Shown here: in pieces, positions 55,271 through 64,000 of the stretch
Position numbering within the stretch: the stretch's first letter is position 1
Layout: each line of letters begins with the position of its first letter
Source: Gemmatimonadales bacterium
Lineage (GTDB): Bacteria > Gemmatimonadota > Gemmatimonadetes > Gemmatimonadales > GWC2-71-9
Length of the DNA: 64,000 nt
Direction: 5' to 3'
Assembly: GCA_035549935.1 (NCBI GenBank)
Contig: DASZPT010000151.1
Location: 967-64,966, forward strand
Notes under the pieces: model-generated
Told to the model about the DNA's origin: nothing
Seen by the model: the letters and a program-made list of their open reading frames with translations, nothing else
Database searches by the model: none
Program-made: the position numbers and the translations under genes

Positions 55271-57217
55271 GTGCTTCATGCTCGTCTCATCGCGGCGCTC
55301 GGCGCCACCGCCACCGTGCTCCTCTCGGCCGGGGCACTCCCGGCCCAGGTCGTCCAGGGCGACACGGTGGCGCTGCCCGAGTTGGTGGTGACCGCGGAGC
55401 GGACCCCGACCCCGCTCGCGAAATCGATCGCGACCACCACCGTGCTCAAGGGCGACGACCTCCGGGCCCAGGGTCTCTTCTTCGTCGAGGATGCGCTCAG
55501 GCAGGTGCCGGGGGCGATGCCGGTGCCGAGCGGCTCCTTCGGCGGGATCGCCTCGCTCTTCCTTCGCGGAGGGGAGAGCGATTACACCAAGGTGCTGATC
55601 GACGGGGTCGCGGTGAACCAGCCCGGTGGCGCCTACAACTTCGGCACCCTGAGCATCGACAATGTCGACCGGATTGAGATCGTGCGTGGTCCCGTCTCGG
55701 TGCTCTACGGGTCGGACGCGGTGAGCGGCGTGATCCAGATCTTCACCCGGCGGGGCACGGCGGGCCTCAACGCGAGCGCCGGGAGCCAGGCCGGGTCGTT
55801 CGGCACCTGGACCGGAACCCTGGCCGCGAGTGGCGGGCAGGGGCCGGTGAGCTTCTCCGGCAGCCTCTCCCGCTACCGGACGGATGGGATCTACGAGTTC
55901 AACAGCGGCTACCGGAGCACCATCGGGGGCGGCGCGGTCACCTGGCGCCCCGACCGGAGAAGCGAGGTCACCCTGACCGCCCGGCGGGACGATAACACGC
56001 TGCACTTCCCGACCGACTTCACCGGCGCGGTGGTGGACAGCAACCAGTTCTCCACCCAGCAGGCCACCACGCTGGGGCTCGACCTCGGGCGCCGGGTGGG
56101 AACGGCGCTCGAGCTCAGGGCGCACCTGGATTCCCGGCGCGAGGTCTACGGGTCCTCCAACCAGCCGGACAGCCCGGGCGATACCCTGGACTTCTACTCG
56201 AGGGACGTGGGGCGCTCGCTGCGCCGCACCGCCGGTGTGACGGCGAACGTCACCCTCGACCCGAGGGTGAAGCTCGTCACCGGCCTGGAGGGCGTGTGGG
56301 AGGCGCTACTCGAGGAAGGGAGCAGCGGGGCCTTCGACCAGACCCGGCACAACTACGGGATCTACGGGCAGGCGCTGCTCGAGCCGGCGGCCCGGTCGGT
56401 GGTGAACCTCGGTGTTCGTCTCGATGACAACGAGAAGTTCGGGAGCCACCTGACGGCCAGAGTCGGTACCGCCTACGCGCTCACCCGGACCCTCCGCGCG
56501 CGCGCATCGGTCGGGACCTCGTTCAAGGAGCCGTCGCTCAGGGAGAACTACGCCCAGGGCCTCTTCGAGCGGGGGAACCCGGGCCTCGACCCCGAACAGG
56601 CCACGAGCTGGGAGGTGGGGCTGGAGCAGTCCATCCTCGCGGGGAACGGATCCATCGCGGCCAATTACTTCGACCAGAGGTTCCGCGACCTGATCCAGTA
56701 CGACGGAAATGCCGCGCCGGACCAGCCGACCTACCAGAACGTCGCGAAGGCCACCGCGCGGGGCGTCGAGATCATCGCGCGGGTGCGGCCGGTCGCCGCG
56801 ATGACGCTCGGCGCCTCGTATACGTACCTGGTCACCCGGGTGGATGACGCCGGCTTCGCCACCGGCGCCGACGACATCTTCGTCGAAGGGGAGCCGCTGG
56901 TGCGCCGCCCGAAGCACAGCGCCCGGTTCGATGCGCGGGGCGCGGTCGGGCGCGTCTCGCTCGGCGCCGGGCTCAACGTTGTCGGCCGCCGGGATGACGT
57001 GGACTTCCGCGTCTTCCCCCAGGTCCGCACCACCCTGGGCGCCTATGTCACGGTCGACGCGGATGCCGCCGTCGACATCGTCCGCCGCGCTCCCGGCCGC
57101 CCCGGCATCGCCGCCACCTTCCGCGCCGAGAACCTCTTCGACCGGGACTACGAGACGGTGGTCGGGTTCGCCGGACGCGGCCGGCTGCTCACGGCGGGCG
57201 CGCGGGTCGGCTGGTAG
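55271..57217 (+). CDS. TonB-dependent receptor (BtuB-like by context)
   Basis: Signal peptide, TonB-box-like TVALPELVVTA, plug domain (IEIVRGPVSVLYGSDAVSGVIQI) and a C-terminal barrel ending W. Confidence 0.9.
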   Translation: MLHARLIAALGATATVLLSAGALPAQVVQGDTVALPELVVTAERTPTPLAKSIATTTVLKGDDLRAQGLFFVEDALRQVPGAMPVPSGSFGGIASLFLRGGESDYTKVLIDGVAVNQPGGAYNFGTLSIDNVDRIEIVRGPVSVLYGSDAVSGVIQIFTRRGTAGLNASAGSQAGSFGTWTGTLAASGGQGPVSFSGSLSRYRTDGIYEFNSGYRSTIGGGAVTWRPDRRSEVTLTARRDDNTLHFPTDFTGAVVDSNQFSTQQATTLGLDLGRRVGTALELRAHLDSRREVYGSSNQPDSPGDTLDFYSRDVGRSLRRTAGVTANVTLDPRVKLVTGLEGVWEALLEEGSSGAFDQTRHNYGIYGQALLEPAARSVVNLGVRLDDNEKFGSHLTARVGTAYALTRTLRARASVGTSFKEPSLRENYAQGLFERGNPGLDPEQATSWEVGLEQSILAGNGSIAANYFDQRFRDLIQYDGNAAPDQPTYQNVAKATARGVEIIARVRPVAAMTLGASYTYLVTRVDDAGFATGADDIFVEGEPLVRRPKHSARFDARGAVGRVSLGAGLNVVGRRDDVDFRVFPQVRTTLGAYVTVDADAAVDIVRRAPGRPGIAATFRAENLFDRDYETVVGFAGRGRLLTAGARVGW

Positions 57218-57226
57218 GTGGAGGAA

Positions 57227-57302
57227 GAGTTCCGGGTTCCGGCTCCAGGCGCGCTCACTCGGAACCCGGAACCCGGAACTCGGAACTCGGAACCCGGAAC
57301 TC
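57227..57302. repeat. CGGAACY heptamer hairpin B7 (right arm 6 units)
   Basis: GAGTTCCGGGTTCCGG / 17-nt loop / (CGGAACY)x6 at 57260-57301. Lies between the TonB-dependent receptor and the signal-less BtuF-like gene. Confidence 0.9.
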
Positions 57303-57332
57303 CATCCCTCCACGGACCTCGACCCGTCCCCC

Positions 57333-58259
57333 ATGCGCATCGTCTCCCTCCTTCCCAGCGCCACCGAGATGCTCTGCGCCCTCGGGCTCGAGGAACAGCT
57401 CGTCGGGGTCACGCACGGCTGTGACTATCCCGGGTCGATCACCCGCCTCCCGCGCGTCACCAGCACCGCGATCCCCAAGGACGCCACGAGTGGCGAGATC
57501 GACCGGCTGGTGCGCGAGCGGTACGCCGCGAGCCTCCCGCTCTACGACCTGGACCGGCATCTCCTCCAGCGGCTCCGGCCCGACCTCCTCGTGACGCAGG
57601 GGCTCTGCGACGTCTGCGCCGTCCCCGACCGGGATGCCCGCGACGTCGCGGCCGATCTCCCCGGCTGTCCCACGGTCGTGAGCCTCGCGCCGCGCACGCT
57701 GGCCGATGTCTTCGCGAACATCGCCGAGCTGGGGCACCTGACCGGCCGCGAGGCGGAGGCCTCCCGGCTCGTCGCATCACTCGAGGCCCGGACCGATCGG
57801 GTCCGGGAGCGGGCCGCGCTCGCGCCCCGGGTGCGCGTGACGCTGCTCGAGTGGCTCGATCCACTCTACGCCTGCGGGCACTGGACCCCGGAGCTGGTCG
57901 CCATCGCCGGGGGCAGGGAAGGGCACGCCGAGCCGGGCGTGGCGAGTCGGGTACTCGGCTGGGAGGAGGTTCTCGCGTGGCAACCGGAGGTGATGGTGAT
58001 CGCCGGGTGTGGCCTCTCCGTCGAGGAGGTGGAGCGGCAGTTCGAGTCGGTGGCCCGGCGCCTGGGATTCGACGCCCTCCCGTGCAGCCGGAGCGGCCGG
58101 ATCGCCGCCGTCGACGGGCAGGCCTATTTCAGTCGGCCGGGTCCCAGGCTGGTCGACAGTCTCGAGCTGCTGGCGCACCTGCTGCACCCCGACCGCTTTC
58201 CCCATGCCCCGGCTCCGTTCCTCGCGCTCGGCCGGCCGCGATCGGCCCGCCCGGCCTAG
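57333..58259 (+). CDS. cobalamin-binding-protein-like PBP (BtuF fold) without signal peptide
   Basis: MRIVSLLPSATEMLCALGL starts directly with the first beta-strand of the PF01497 fold. No signal or lipobox. Confidence 0.85.
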   Translation: MRIVSLLPSATEMLCALGLEEQLVGVTHGCDYPGSITRLPRVTSTAIPKDATSGEIDRLVRERYAASLPLYDLDRHLLQRLRPDLLVTQGLCDVCAVPDRDARDVAADLPGCPTVVSLAPRTLADVFANIAELGHLTGREAEASRLVASLEARTDRVRERAALAPRVRVTLLEWLDPLYACGHWTPELVAIAGGREGHAEPGVASRVLGWEEVLAWQPEVMVIAGCGLSVEEVERQFESVARRLGFDALPCSRSGRIAAVDGQAYFSRPGPRLVDSLELLAHLLHPDRFPHAPAPFLALGRPRSARPA

Positions 58260-58292
58260 TCGCAGGGGGTGGGGCTCAACCATCTTTCATCC

Positions 58293-59345
58293 ATGCGTCT
58301 CTCCCGATGGGTGGTCCTGCTCGGCGCCGCCACCGCGACCCTGGCCTGTGCGGAGGCCTCCGCGCCCCTGCCCGCGGCGGAGGAGGTCCTGCTGCTGGTG
58401 CATCGGACCACTGGGGCGCTGAGTCTCATCCGGATCAACACTCCCACCGTGGTCACGCCGATTCCCCTCGGCTCGGCCACCGCCACGCCGACCACGGTGA
58501 GCGCGCTGGACGGCCGGGCCATCGTTCCACTGGGAGACGACGACGCGGTTGCCGTCGTGAACCTCCGGAGCGCCACTGTCGAGCGGACGATTCCCCTGCC
58601 CGCGAGTTCGGGGGCCACCGGCGCGGCGATTGTGGACGATTCGATCGCCTACGTCGGCAATCCCAACCAGAATACCGTCACCCGTATCAACTACCTCACG
58701 GGGGACACGGCCAGCGTGGCGGTGGGCCAGACGCCGAGGGCCGTGGTCTTCACTCGGGGCAAGGTGTTCGTGGTGAACGCCAACCTGAACGGCTCCGGCG
58801 TCCCGAACGGCCCGAGCTGGGTCTCGGTGGTCGACCCGGTGACCAACCGGCTCGCCACGGGGATCGACTCGATCCTGCTCCCCGGGCCGGGCAACGCCAA
58901 CGCCGCCGATGTGGCCTCCGACGGCGTGATCTACGTGATGAACGCCGGACCGGACGACAGCGCCACCGACTCCCGCCTCTCGCTGGTGGATCCGGTCGGC
59001 CGGAAGGAGCTGGGCAACTTCACCGGCTTCGGCAATGCCGCCGGCAGCGTGACCGACAACGGCGGGAGCCGGCTCTACGTGAGTTCGCTCACCCAGGGCC
59101 TGATGGTGTTCGACCTGCTCAATCGCCAGGTGCTGCGCGGGGCGGGTAACGGGATCGCGATTCCCGACAACAGCGGCGTGGCGGTGGACGCAGCCGGCCG
59201 GCCGTACGTGCTGGAATCCGGGCCTTGCACCACGGGCAGCACCGGGAAGCTCCATATCCTGCGCACCAACCTCACCGAGTCCCGCGCCGTGACGGTCCCC
59301 GAGTGCCCGGTCGCGGCGCTCGTCACGGAAATTCCGCCGGAATAG
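58293..59345 (+). CDS. beta-propeller lipoprotein (YVTN/YncE-like repeats)
   Basis: Lipobox ATLAC. Repeated ...A.V..........I.VG..P..V... blades. No assigned function. Confidence 0.75.
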   Translation: MRLSRWVVLLGAATATLACAEASAPLPAAEEVLLLVHRTTGALSLIRINTPTVVTPIPLGSATATPTTVSALDGRAIVPLGDDDAVAVVNLRSATVERTIPLPASSGATGAAIVDDSIAYVGNPNQNTVTRINYLTGDTASVAVGQTPRAVVFTRGKVFVVNANLNGSGVPNGPSWVSVVDPVTNRLATGIDSILLPGPGNANAADVASDGVIYVMNAGPDDSATDSRLSLVDPVGRKELGNFTGFGNAAGSVTDNGGSRLYVSSLTQGLMVFDLLNRQVLRGAGNGIAIPDNSGVAVDAAGRPYVLESGPCTTGSTGKLHILRTNLTESRAVTVPECPVAALVTEIPPE

Positions 59346-59358
59346 CGGACCGGGTCGT

Positions 59359-59410
59359 GAGTTCCGGGGGGGCATCGAACCCGGAACTCGGAACCCGGAA
59401 CCCGGAACCC
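59359..59410. repeat. CGGAACY heptamer hairpin B8
   Basis: GAGTTCCGGG / loop / CCGGAACT CGGAACC CGGAACC CGGAACC. Ends 1 nt before the recO GTG. Confidence 0.9.
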
Positions 59411-59411
59411 C

Positions 59412-60173
59412 GTGTCCCAGGTCTCCACCCCCGCCATCATCCTCGCCACGCTCCGGTACGGCGAGACCTCGAAGATCGTGCGACTCGCCACCCGGGATCA
59501 CGGGGTGCAGAGCGCGATCGCCAAGGGCGCCCTTCGGCCGAAGAGCCGGTTCGGCGCGGCGTTGCAGGTGCTGAGTGGAGGGCAGGCCCAGCTGATCCTC
59601 CGTGACGGGCGCGACCTCCATCTCCTCACGGCCTTCGATTTCCCGACCGTGCCGGTGGCAATCGCGCGCGATGTCGGCCGCTACGCCACCGCAACCGTGC
59701 TGGCGGAGATCACGCTGCACTTCTCGCCCGCGGAGCCCCATCCCGAGAGCTTCGATATCCTGAGGGAGGGACTGGCCCGGCTGGAGCAGGCCGGCCGGGA
59801 GGAGCTGGCGGCGGCGAGCCTGCGGGAAGTCTGGCGCCTGGTGGGCGCGCTGGGCTTCGCGCCCGCGCTCGATGACTGCGTCCGCTGCGGCCGCCCCGTT
59901 CCGGGCGCCGGGGCACTTCCCTTCGGCGCCCCCGACGGCGGGGCCCTCTGCGGCGCCTGTGCCGGCGGCCCCGAGAGTACGCTGCTGCCGCCCGAGGCGC
60001 GCGCCGCGCTGGTCCGGCTCCTCGGCGGGGACGGGGAACTTCCCGCGCTCGATCCCCGCAACGCCGCGGCGCACCGCCGCCTCCTGGCCCGCTACATCCG
60101 CTATCACATGGGGGAAGGGGCGAAGCTCCCCGCGCTCGAGTTCTGGCTGACCCAGGCCTGGGGAACCGCATGA
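59412..60173 (+). CDS. recO: DNA repair protein RecO
   Basis: GTG start. AIILATLRYGETSKIVRL OB-fold N-terminus and CxxC...CxxC zinc motif (CVRCG...CGAC). Confidence 0.92.
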   Translation: MSQVSTPAIILATLRYGETSKIVRLATRDHGVQSAIAKGALRPKSRFGAALQVLSGGQAQLILRDGRDLHLLTAFDFPTVPVAIARDVGRYATATVLAEITLHFSPAEPHPESFDILREGLARLEQAGREELAAASLREVWRLVGALGFAPALDDCVRCGRPVPGAGALPFGAPDGGALCGACAGGPESTLLPPEARAALVRLLGGDGELPALDPRNAAAHRRLLARYIRYHMGEGAKLPALEFWLTQAWGTA

Positions 60174-62029
60174 TCATCGGGACCGCCGGGCACATCGACC
60201 ATGGGAAGTCGGCGCTGGTGGAGGCGCTCACCGGCCAGCGCATGGATCCCCTCGCCGAGGAGCGGCGGCGCGGGATCACGATCGACCTCCACGTCGCGGC
60301 GCTCCCGCTGGAGGGGGACGCGACCGCGGGGGTGATCGATGTCCCCGGGCACGAGGACCTCATCCGTACCATGGTGGCGGGCGCCGCCGGGCTCGATCTC
60401 GTCCTTCTCATCGTGGCGGCCGACGAGGGGATCATGCCGCAGACCCGCGAGCATCTCGCGATCGTGGAGCAGCTCCGGGTGCCGGCGGGCATTCCGGTGC
60501 TTACCAAGTGCGACCTGGTGGACCCCGAATGGCGCTCGCTGGTGGAGGCGGAGGTCGCCGCCTGGCTCGCCCGGTCCCCGGTGCGCTTCGCGCCGCCGCT
60601 TGCCACCTCGGCGATCCGGGGCATCGGGATCGCCGAGCTCCGCGCGGCGATCGCGGCCCAGGCCTCGGCCATCGGTCACCGTGCGCCCGACGATCTCTTT
60701 CGCCTGCCGGTGGACCGGGCGTTGTCGCTCGCCGGCGTCGGCACCGTCCTCACCGGGACGGCCTGGTCGGGCAGTGTCGCGGTCGGCGATGCCGTCCGAC
60801 TCCTCCCGGCGGGCGGCGAAGGGCGGGTGCGCTCGCTCGAGCATCACGGCGCCTCGGTCACCCGGAGCGGACCCGGCGCGCGGACCGCGGTCGGCGTCGC
60901 CGGGATCGAGCGCAGCACAGTCCATCGCGGGCAGGTGCTGGTACGCCGTGACGACCCCTGGCAGGACACCACCGCGATCGACGTCGTCCTCGAGCTCCTC
61001 CCCCAGGCCGCGCGACCCCTCGGGCACCACACCCGCGTGAGGCTCCACCTCGGGACCGACGAAGTCATGGCGCGCGTCTCGACCGCCGAGGTGATCGCGC
61101 CCGGCGCGGCCCGCCTGGCCCGCCTCTCGCTCGAGCGCCCGGTCCTGGCGCGGGGCGGCGACCGCTTCGTGCTCCGGAGCTACAGCCCGGTCACCACCAT
61201 CGGTGGGGGATGGGTGGCGGACCCGTTGCCCCCGCGCGGGCGGCCCCGCTGGCCCGAGGCGCTCCGCGACACCGCTCCGGGGCCACGGCTCGGGGCCCTG
61301 GTCGAACGCCGCACCAGCGGTGTCGACCTGGGCCTCGTGCCGCTGCTGCTGGGGATCGCCCCGGACCAGCTCCCTGCCGTCGTGGAAGCAAGCGGCCTCC
61401 TGGTCGCGCATGGTACGCTGGTGCCGCCAGCCCGGGTCGCCGCCGCGGAGGAACAGGCATTGGAGGCGCTGCGGGCCTTCCACGACGCGCATGCCACTGA
61501 GCGGGGCATGCCGCTCGAGACGCTCCGGCAGGGCCTCTCCCGCTTCGATGCGGCGGGGACGCTGGCCCTCGATAACCTGGCCACAGCGGGGCGGGTGGTG
61601 ATCGACGGGGGACTGATTCGGAGCGCCCGCTTCGCGCCCCGACCCCGGGAGAATCCCGACCTCGTCGCCCGCCTGGTGGAGCGCCTCGATCAGGCAGGAC
61701 TCGCTCCTCCCTCGGTGGGCGAGCTCGAGGCCGAGTTCCAGCTGACGGGCGTGCGGCTGGCCCTGAAGGCGGCGGCGGAGACGGGGCGGATCATCGCGGT
61801 CGAGGGTGAGCGCTTTTTCAGTCGCGCGGCCCTGGACGGTTTTCGGGACCGGGTACTGGAAACAGGGCGGGCGGGAACCATCACCCTCCAGGCGTTGCGG
61901 GATGCGACGGGGCTTTCACGGAAGTTCCTGATCCCCCTCCTCGAATGGTCCGACCGGAGCGGCCTCACGATTCGTGACGGTGACGTCAGGCGCCTCACGC
62001 CGAAGGCCCGAGGGATCGCTTGCGCATGA
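60170..62029 (+). CDS. selB: selenocysteine-specific translation elongation factor SelB
   Basis: MIIGTAGHIDHGKS, DVPGHE and TKCD GTPase motifs. ~619 aa with a long C-terminal (winged-helix) extension typical of bacterial SelB. Confidence 0.9.
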   Translation: MIIGTAGHIDHGKSALVEALTGQRMDPLAEERRRGITIDLHVAALPLEGDATAGVIDVPGHEDLIRTMVAGAAGLDLVLLIVAADEGIMPQTREHLAIVEQLRVPAGIPVLTKCDLVDPEWRSLVEAEVAAWLARSPVRFAPPLATSAIRGIGIAELRAAIAAQASAIGHRAPDDLFRLPVDRALSLAGVGTVLTGTAWSGSVAVGDAVRLLPAGGEGRVRSLEHHGASVTRSGPGARTAVGVAGIERSTVHRGQVLVRRDDPWQDTTAIDVVLELLPQAARPLGHHTRVRLHLGTDEVMARVSTAEVIAPGAARLARLSLERPVLARGGDRFVLRSYSPVTTIGGGWVADPLPPRGRPRWPEALRDTAPGPRLGALVERRTSGVDLGLVPLLLGIAPDQLPAVVEASGLLVAHGTLVPPARVAAAEEQALEALRAFHDAHATERGMPLETLRQGLSRFDAAGTLALDNLATAGRVVIDGGLIRSARFAPRPRENPDLVARLVERLDQAGLAPPSVGELEAEFQLTGVRLALKAAAETGRIIAVEGERFFSRAALDGFRDRVLETGRAGTITLQALRDATGLSRKFLIPLLEWSDRSGLTIRDGDVRRLTPKARGIACA

Positions 62030-62082
62030 TCCGGCGGGAGACGATTATCACCCGATCGAGACCAGCTCAGGAGAGACCCTGC

Positions 62083-62502
62083 ATGCCCGTTCCCCGCTGG
62101 GTCGGGTGCGCGCTCGTGCTCCTCGCCGGGGTTGCCGGGTCCGCATTCGCCCAGGAACGGCCACCACCGCGTGTCGACCTGCACGACAACTATCCCAACC
62201 CGTTCTTCCCGTCGACGACGATTCCGTTCGTCCTCAGTCCGGAACTCTGCGAGCGAGGTCATCAGCCCCTGGTCAGTCTGAAGATCTACAATGTGCTGGT
62301 GCAGGTCGTCGCCGTACCGATCCTGCTCAATTCCAATGGGGAGCGCCTCGATGGGCTCCGGCTCCGGTGCGGAGCGCACGAAGCCTTCTGGGACGGCAAG
62401 CTGCTGGAGGGCAACAACCGGGAACTGACCCAGGGGGTCTACTACGCGCAGCTGACGGTGGACGGCGAACGCTATACGCTCAAGATGATTGCCCGCCGCT
62501 AG
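62083..62502 (+). CDS. small secreted protein consisting of a FlgD-Ig/T9SS-type C-terminal domain only
   Basis: GGAGAG SD. Signal peptide ...GSAFAQ, then NYPNPFFPSTTIPF ... GVYYAQLTVDG. Confidence 0.75.
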   Translation: MPVPRWVGCALVLLAGVAGSAFAQERPPPRVDLHDNYPNPFFPSTTIPFVLSPELCERGHQPLVSLKIYNVLVQVVAVPILLNSNGERLDGLRLRCGAHEAFWDGKLLEGNNRELTQGVYYAQLTVDGERYTLKMIARR

Positions 62503-62526
62503 GGGGCGGTCGTCGGTTCAGGAGAC

Positions 62527-62563
62527 ACGGGCCGGGGAATCACTCCCCGGCCCGTTCCCCTTT
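62527..62563 (+). terminator. intrinsic terminator-like hairpin after the recO-selB-CTD gene run
   Basis: Perfect 12-bp stem ACGGGCCGGGGA / TCCCCGGCCCGT with loop ATCAC, followed by TCCCCTTTG (weak U-tract). Confidence 0.6.
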
Positions 62564-62679
62564 GCTGCCGGAGTGACGCGTGCACTCGTGCCGGACGGAC
62601 TTCGCCGGCGGCCCCGGGTGGTCCTTCCCCTGCCAGGGAGGCAGATTTCCGGGGCCTGCCCCTTGCCGAGGAGACGGCC

Positions 62680-64000
62680 ATGATTCGACCCGAACGATTG
62701 ACCATCAAGGCCCAGGAGGCCTTTCGCGATGCCGCCGCGGAGGCGACCCGTCGCGGCAACCCGGTCGTGAACGACGCCCACCTCTTCGCCGCGCTGCTGG
62801 CGCAGGACGAGGGGGTGGTCCGCCCGCTGCTCCAGAAGGCGGGCCTCAACGTGACCGCCCTGGCCCAGGAGACCGCCCGCGAACTCGACCGGCTTCCCCG
62901 GCAGGAAGGGGGCGGCGAGCCGACGCTCGCGCGCGAGCTCCACAAGGTCTTCGACCGGGCCGAGGCGGAGGCGAAGACGATGGGCGATGCCTACGTCTCG
63001 ACCGAGCACCTCCTCGTGGGCCTGGCGGAAGAGAAGGGGACCACCGCCCGCCAGCTGCTCACCGCGAGCGAGGTCGACGCCGCGGCCCTTCGTGCGGCGC
63101 TCGCCGACGTGCGCGGTGCCCATCGCGTGACCGACCAGTCGCCCGAGACCCAGTACCAGGCGCTGGAGCGCTTCACCCGCAACCTGACCGACCAGGCCCG
63201 CCAGGGAAAGCTGGACCCGGTGATCGGCCGGGACGAGGAAGTCCGCCGGGTGATGCAGGTGCTCTCCCGCCGGACCAAGAACAACCCGGTGCTCATCGGC
63301 GAGCCCGGGGTCGGCAAGACCGCGATCGTCGAGGGGCTGGCCCAGCGGATCGTCAACGGAGACGTGCCCGAGTCGCTCCGGAACAAGGAGATCGTGGCGC
63401 TCGACATCGGTCTCCTCCTGGCCGGGGCCAAGTACCGCGGGGAGTTCGAGGAGCGGCTCAAGTCGGTGGTGAAGGAGCTGACCCAGGCGGAGGGGCGCTA
63501 CGTCGTCTTCATCGACGAGCTCCACACCCTGGTGGGCGCCGGCGCCGCCGAGGGCGCGGTGGACGCGAGCAACCTCCTCAAGCCCGCCCTCGCGCGCGGG
63601 GAGTTGCACGTCGTCGGCGCGACGACCCTGGACGAGTACCGCAAGCATGTCGAGAAGGACGCCGCCCTCGAGCGCCGGTTCCAGCCGGTGATGGTGGGGG
63701 AGCCGAGCGTCACCGACACGATCGCGATTCTCCGCGGGCTCAAGGAGAAGTACGAGGTGCACCACGGCATCCGGATCACCGACAATGCCCTGGTGGCCGC
63801 CGCGACCCTCTCCGACCGCTACATCGGCGACCGCTTCCTGCCCGACAAGGCCATCGACCTGATGGACGAGGCGGCGAGCCGGCTCCGCATGGAGATCGAC
63901 AGCCTGCCGCAGGAGATCGACGAGGTGGAGCGGCGGATCCTGCAGCTCGAGATCGAGCGCCAGGCGCTGCTCAAGGAGAAGGACAAGGCCGGCCTCGAGC
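62680..64000 (+). CDS. clpB: ATP-dependent chaperone ClpB (N-terminal ~440 aa; 3' end outside window)
   Basis: GAGGAG SD. Clp_N repeats, Walker [22 protein letters not shown] and the start of the coiled-coil M-domain. Not in the ORF track because there is no stop codon inside the window. Confidence 0.95.
   Translation, partial: MIRPERLTIKAQEAFRDAAAEATRRGNPVVNDAHLFAALLAQDEGVVRPLLQKAGLNVTALAQETARELDRLPRQEGGGEPTLARELHKVFDRAEAEAKTMGDAYVSTEHLLVGLAEEKGTTARQLLTASEVDAAALRAALADVRGAHRVTDQSPETQYQALERFTRNLTDQARQGKLDPVIGRDEEVRRVMQVLSRRTKNNPVLIGEPGVGKTAIVEGLAQRIVNGDVPESLRNKEIVALDIGLLLAGAKYRGEFEERLKSVVKELTQAEGRYVVFIDELHTLVGAGAAEGAVDASNLLKPALARGELHVVGATTLDEYRKHVEKDAALERRFQPVMVGEPSVTDTIAILRGLKEKYEVHHGIRITDNALVAAATLSDRYIGDRFLPDKAIDLMDEAASRLRMEIDSLPQEIDEVERRILQLEIERQALLKEKDKAGLE

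Noticed and set aside
62571-62587. CIRCE-like inverted repeat GAGTGACGCGTGCACTC upstream of clpB.
   Set aside because: The arms are in the opposite order to CIRCE (TTAGCACTC-N9-GAGTGCTAA), and the TTAGC/GCTAA parts are absent. It may still be a small RNA hairpin, but there is no support for HrcA control.
62503-62679. tRNA-Sec or another tRNA downstream of selB, and a SECIS-containing gene nearby.
   Set aside because: No T-loop (GGTTCGA-like) or UCA anticodon-loop context on either strand. No in-frame TGA-interrupted ORF noticed.

Overview
Gene-dense chromosomal segment at roughly 70% GC. I call 65 CDS, mostly on the + strand, many with 1-8 nt start/stop overlaps. The content is almost all housekeeping: the tail of the dcw cluster (ftsA-ftsZ), hisA, ftsY, recG, asnS, mazG, alr, deoB-cdd, miaB, comFB-comEC, fbp, a split methylmalonyl-CoA-mutase-type subunit, argS, purM, ribD-ribE-ribBA-ribH-nusB, hpf-hprK plus a complete mannose-family PTS with ptsH/ptsI, metK, a cobalamin-riboswitch-led B12 uptake locus, recO-selB and clpB. 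A TonB-dependent receptor, a T9SS/FlgD-type C-terminal domain, outer-membrane barrels and HprK point to a diderm of the FCB group, possibly Gemmatimonadota, but this is inference only. No rRNA, tRNA, CRISPR array, classical transposase or recognisable defence island was seen. The unusual signal is in the non-coding DNA. Three families of hairpin-forming repeats, with arms built from tandem 7-8 nt units (CGCAGAG-type, CGGAACY-type, GGAGAAG-type), occupy 9 of the 12 intergenic gaps of at least 100 nt by my gene calls. One CGCAGAG-type copy has a low-GC GxxExxY (PD-(D/E)XK fold) gene exactly where the hairpin loop would be. It is bracketed by ~40-bp inverted repeats, while other copies are 'empty'. 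This is my best candidate for an undescribed element: a nuclease plus MITE-like hairpins, analogous to REP/RAYT. Other points are CGGAACY arrays that abut start codons lacking any Shine-Dalgarno sequence or lie inside 5' coding ends, and a B12 locus carrying an extra signal-less BtuF-like protein and a beta-propeller lipoprotein (possible BtuG analogue). All homology statements come from reading the translated ORFs by eye; no database search was run.
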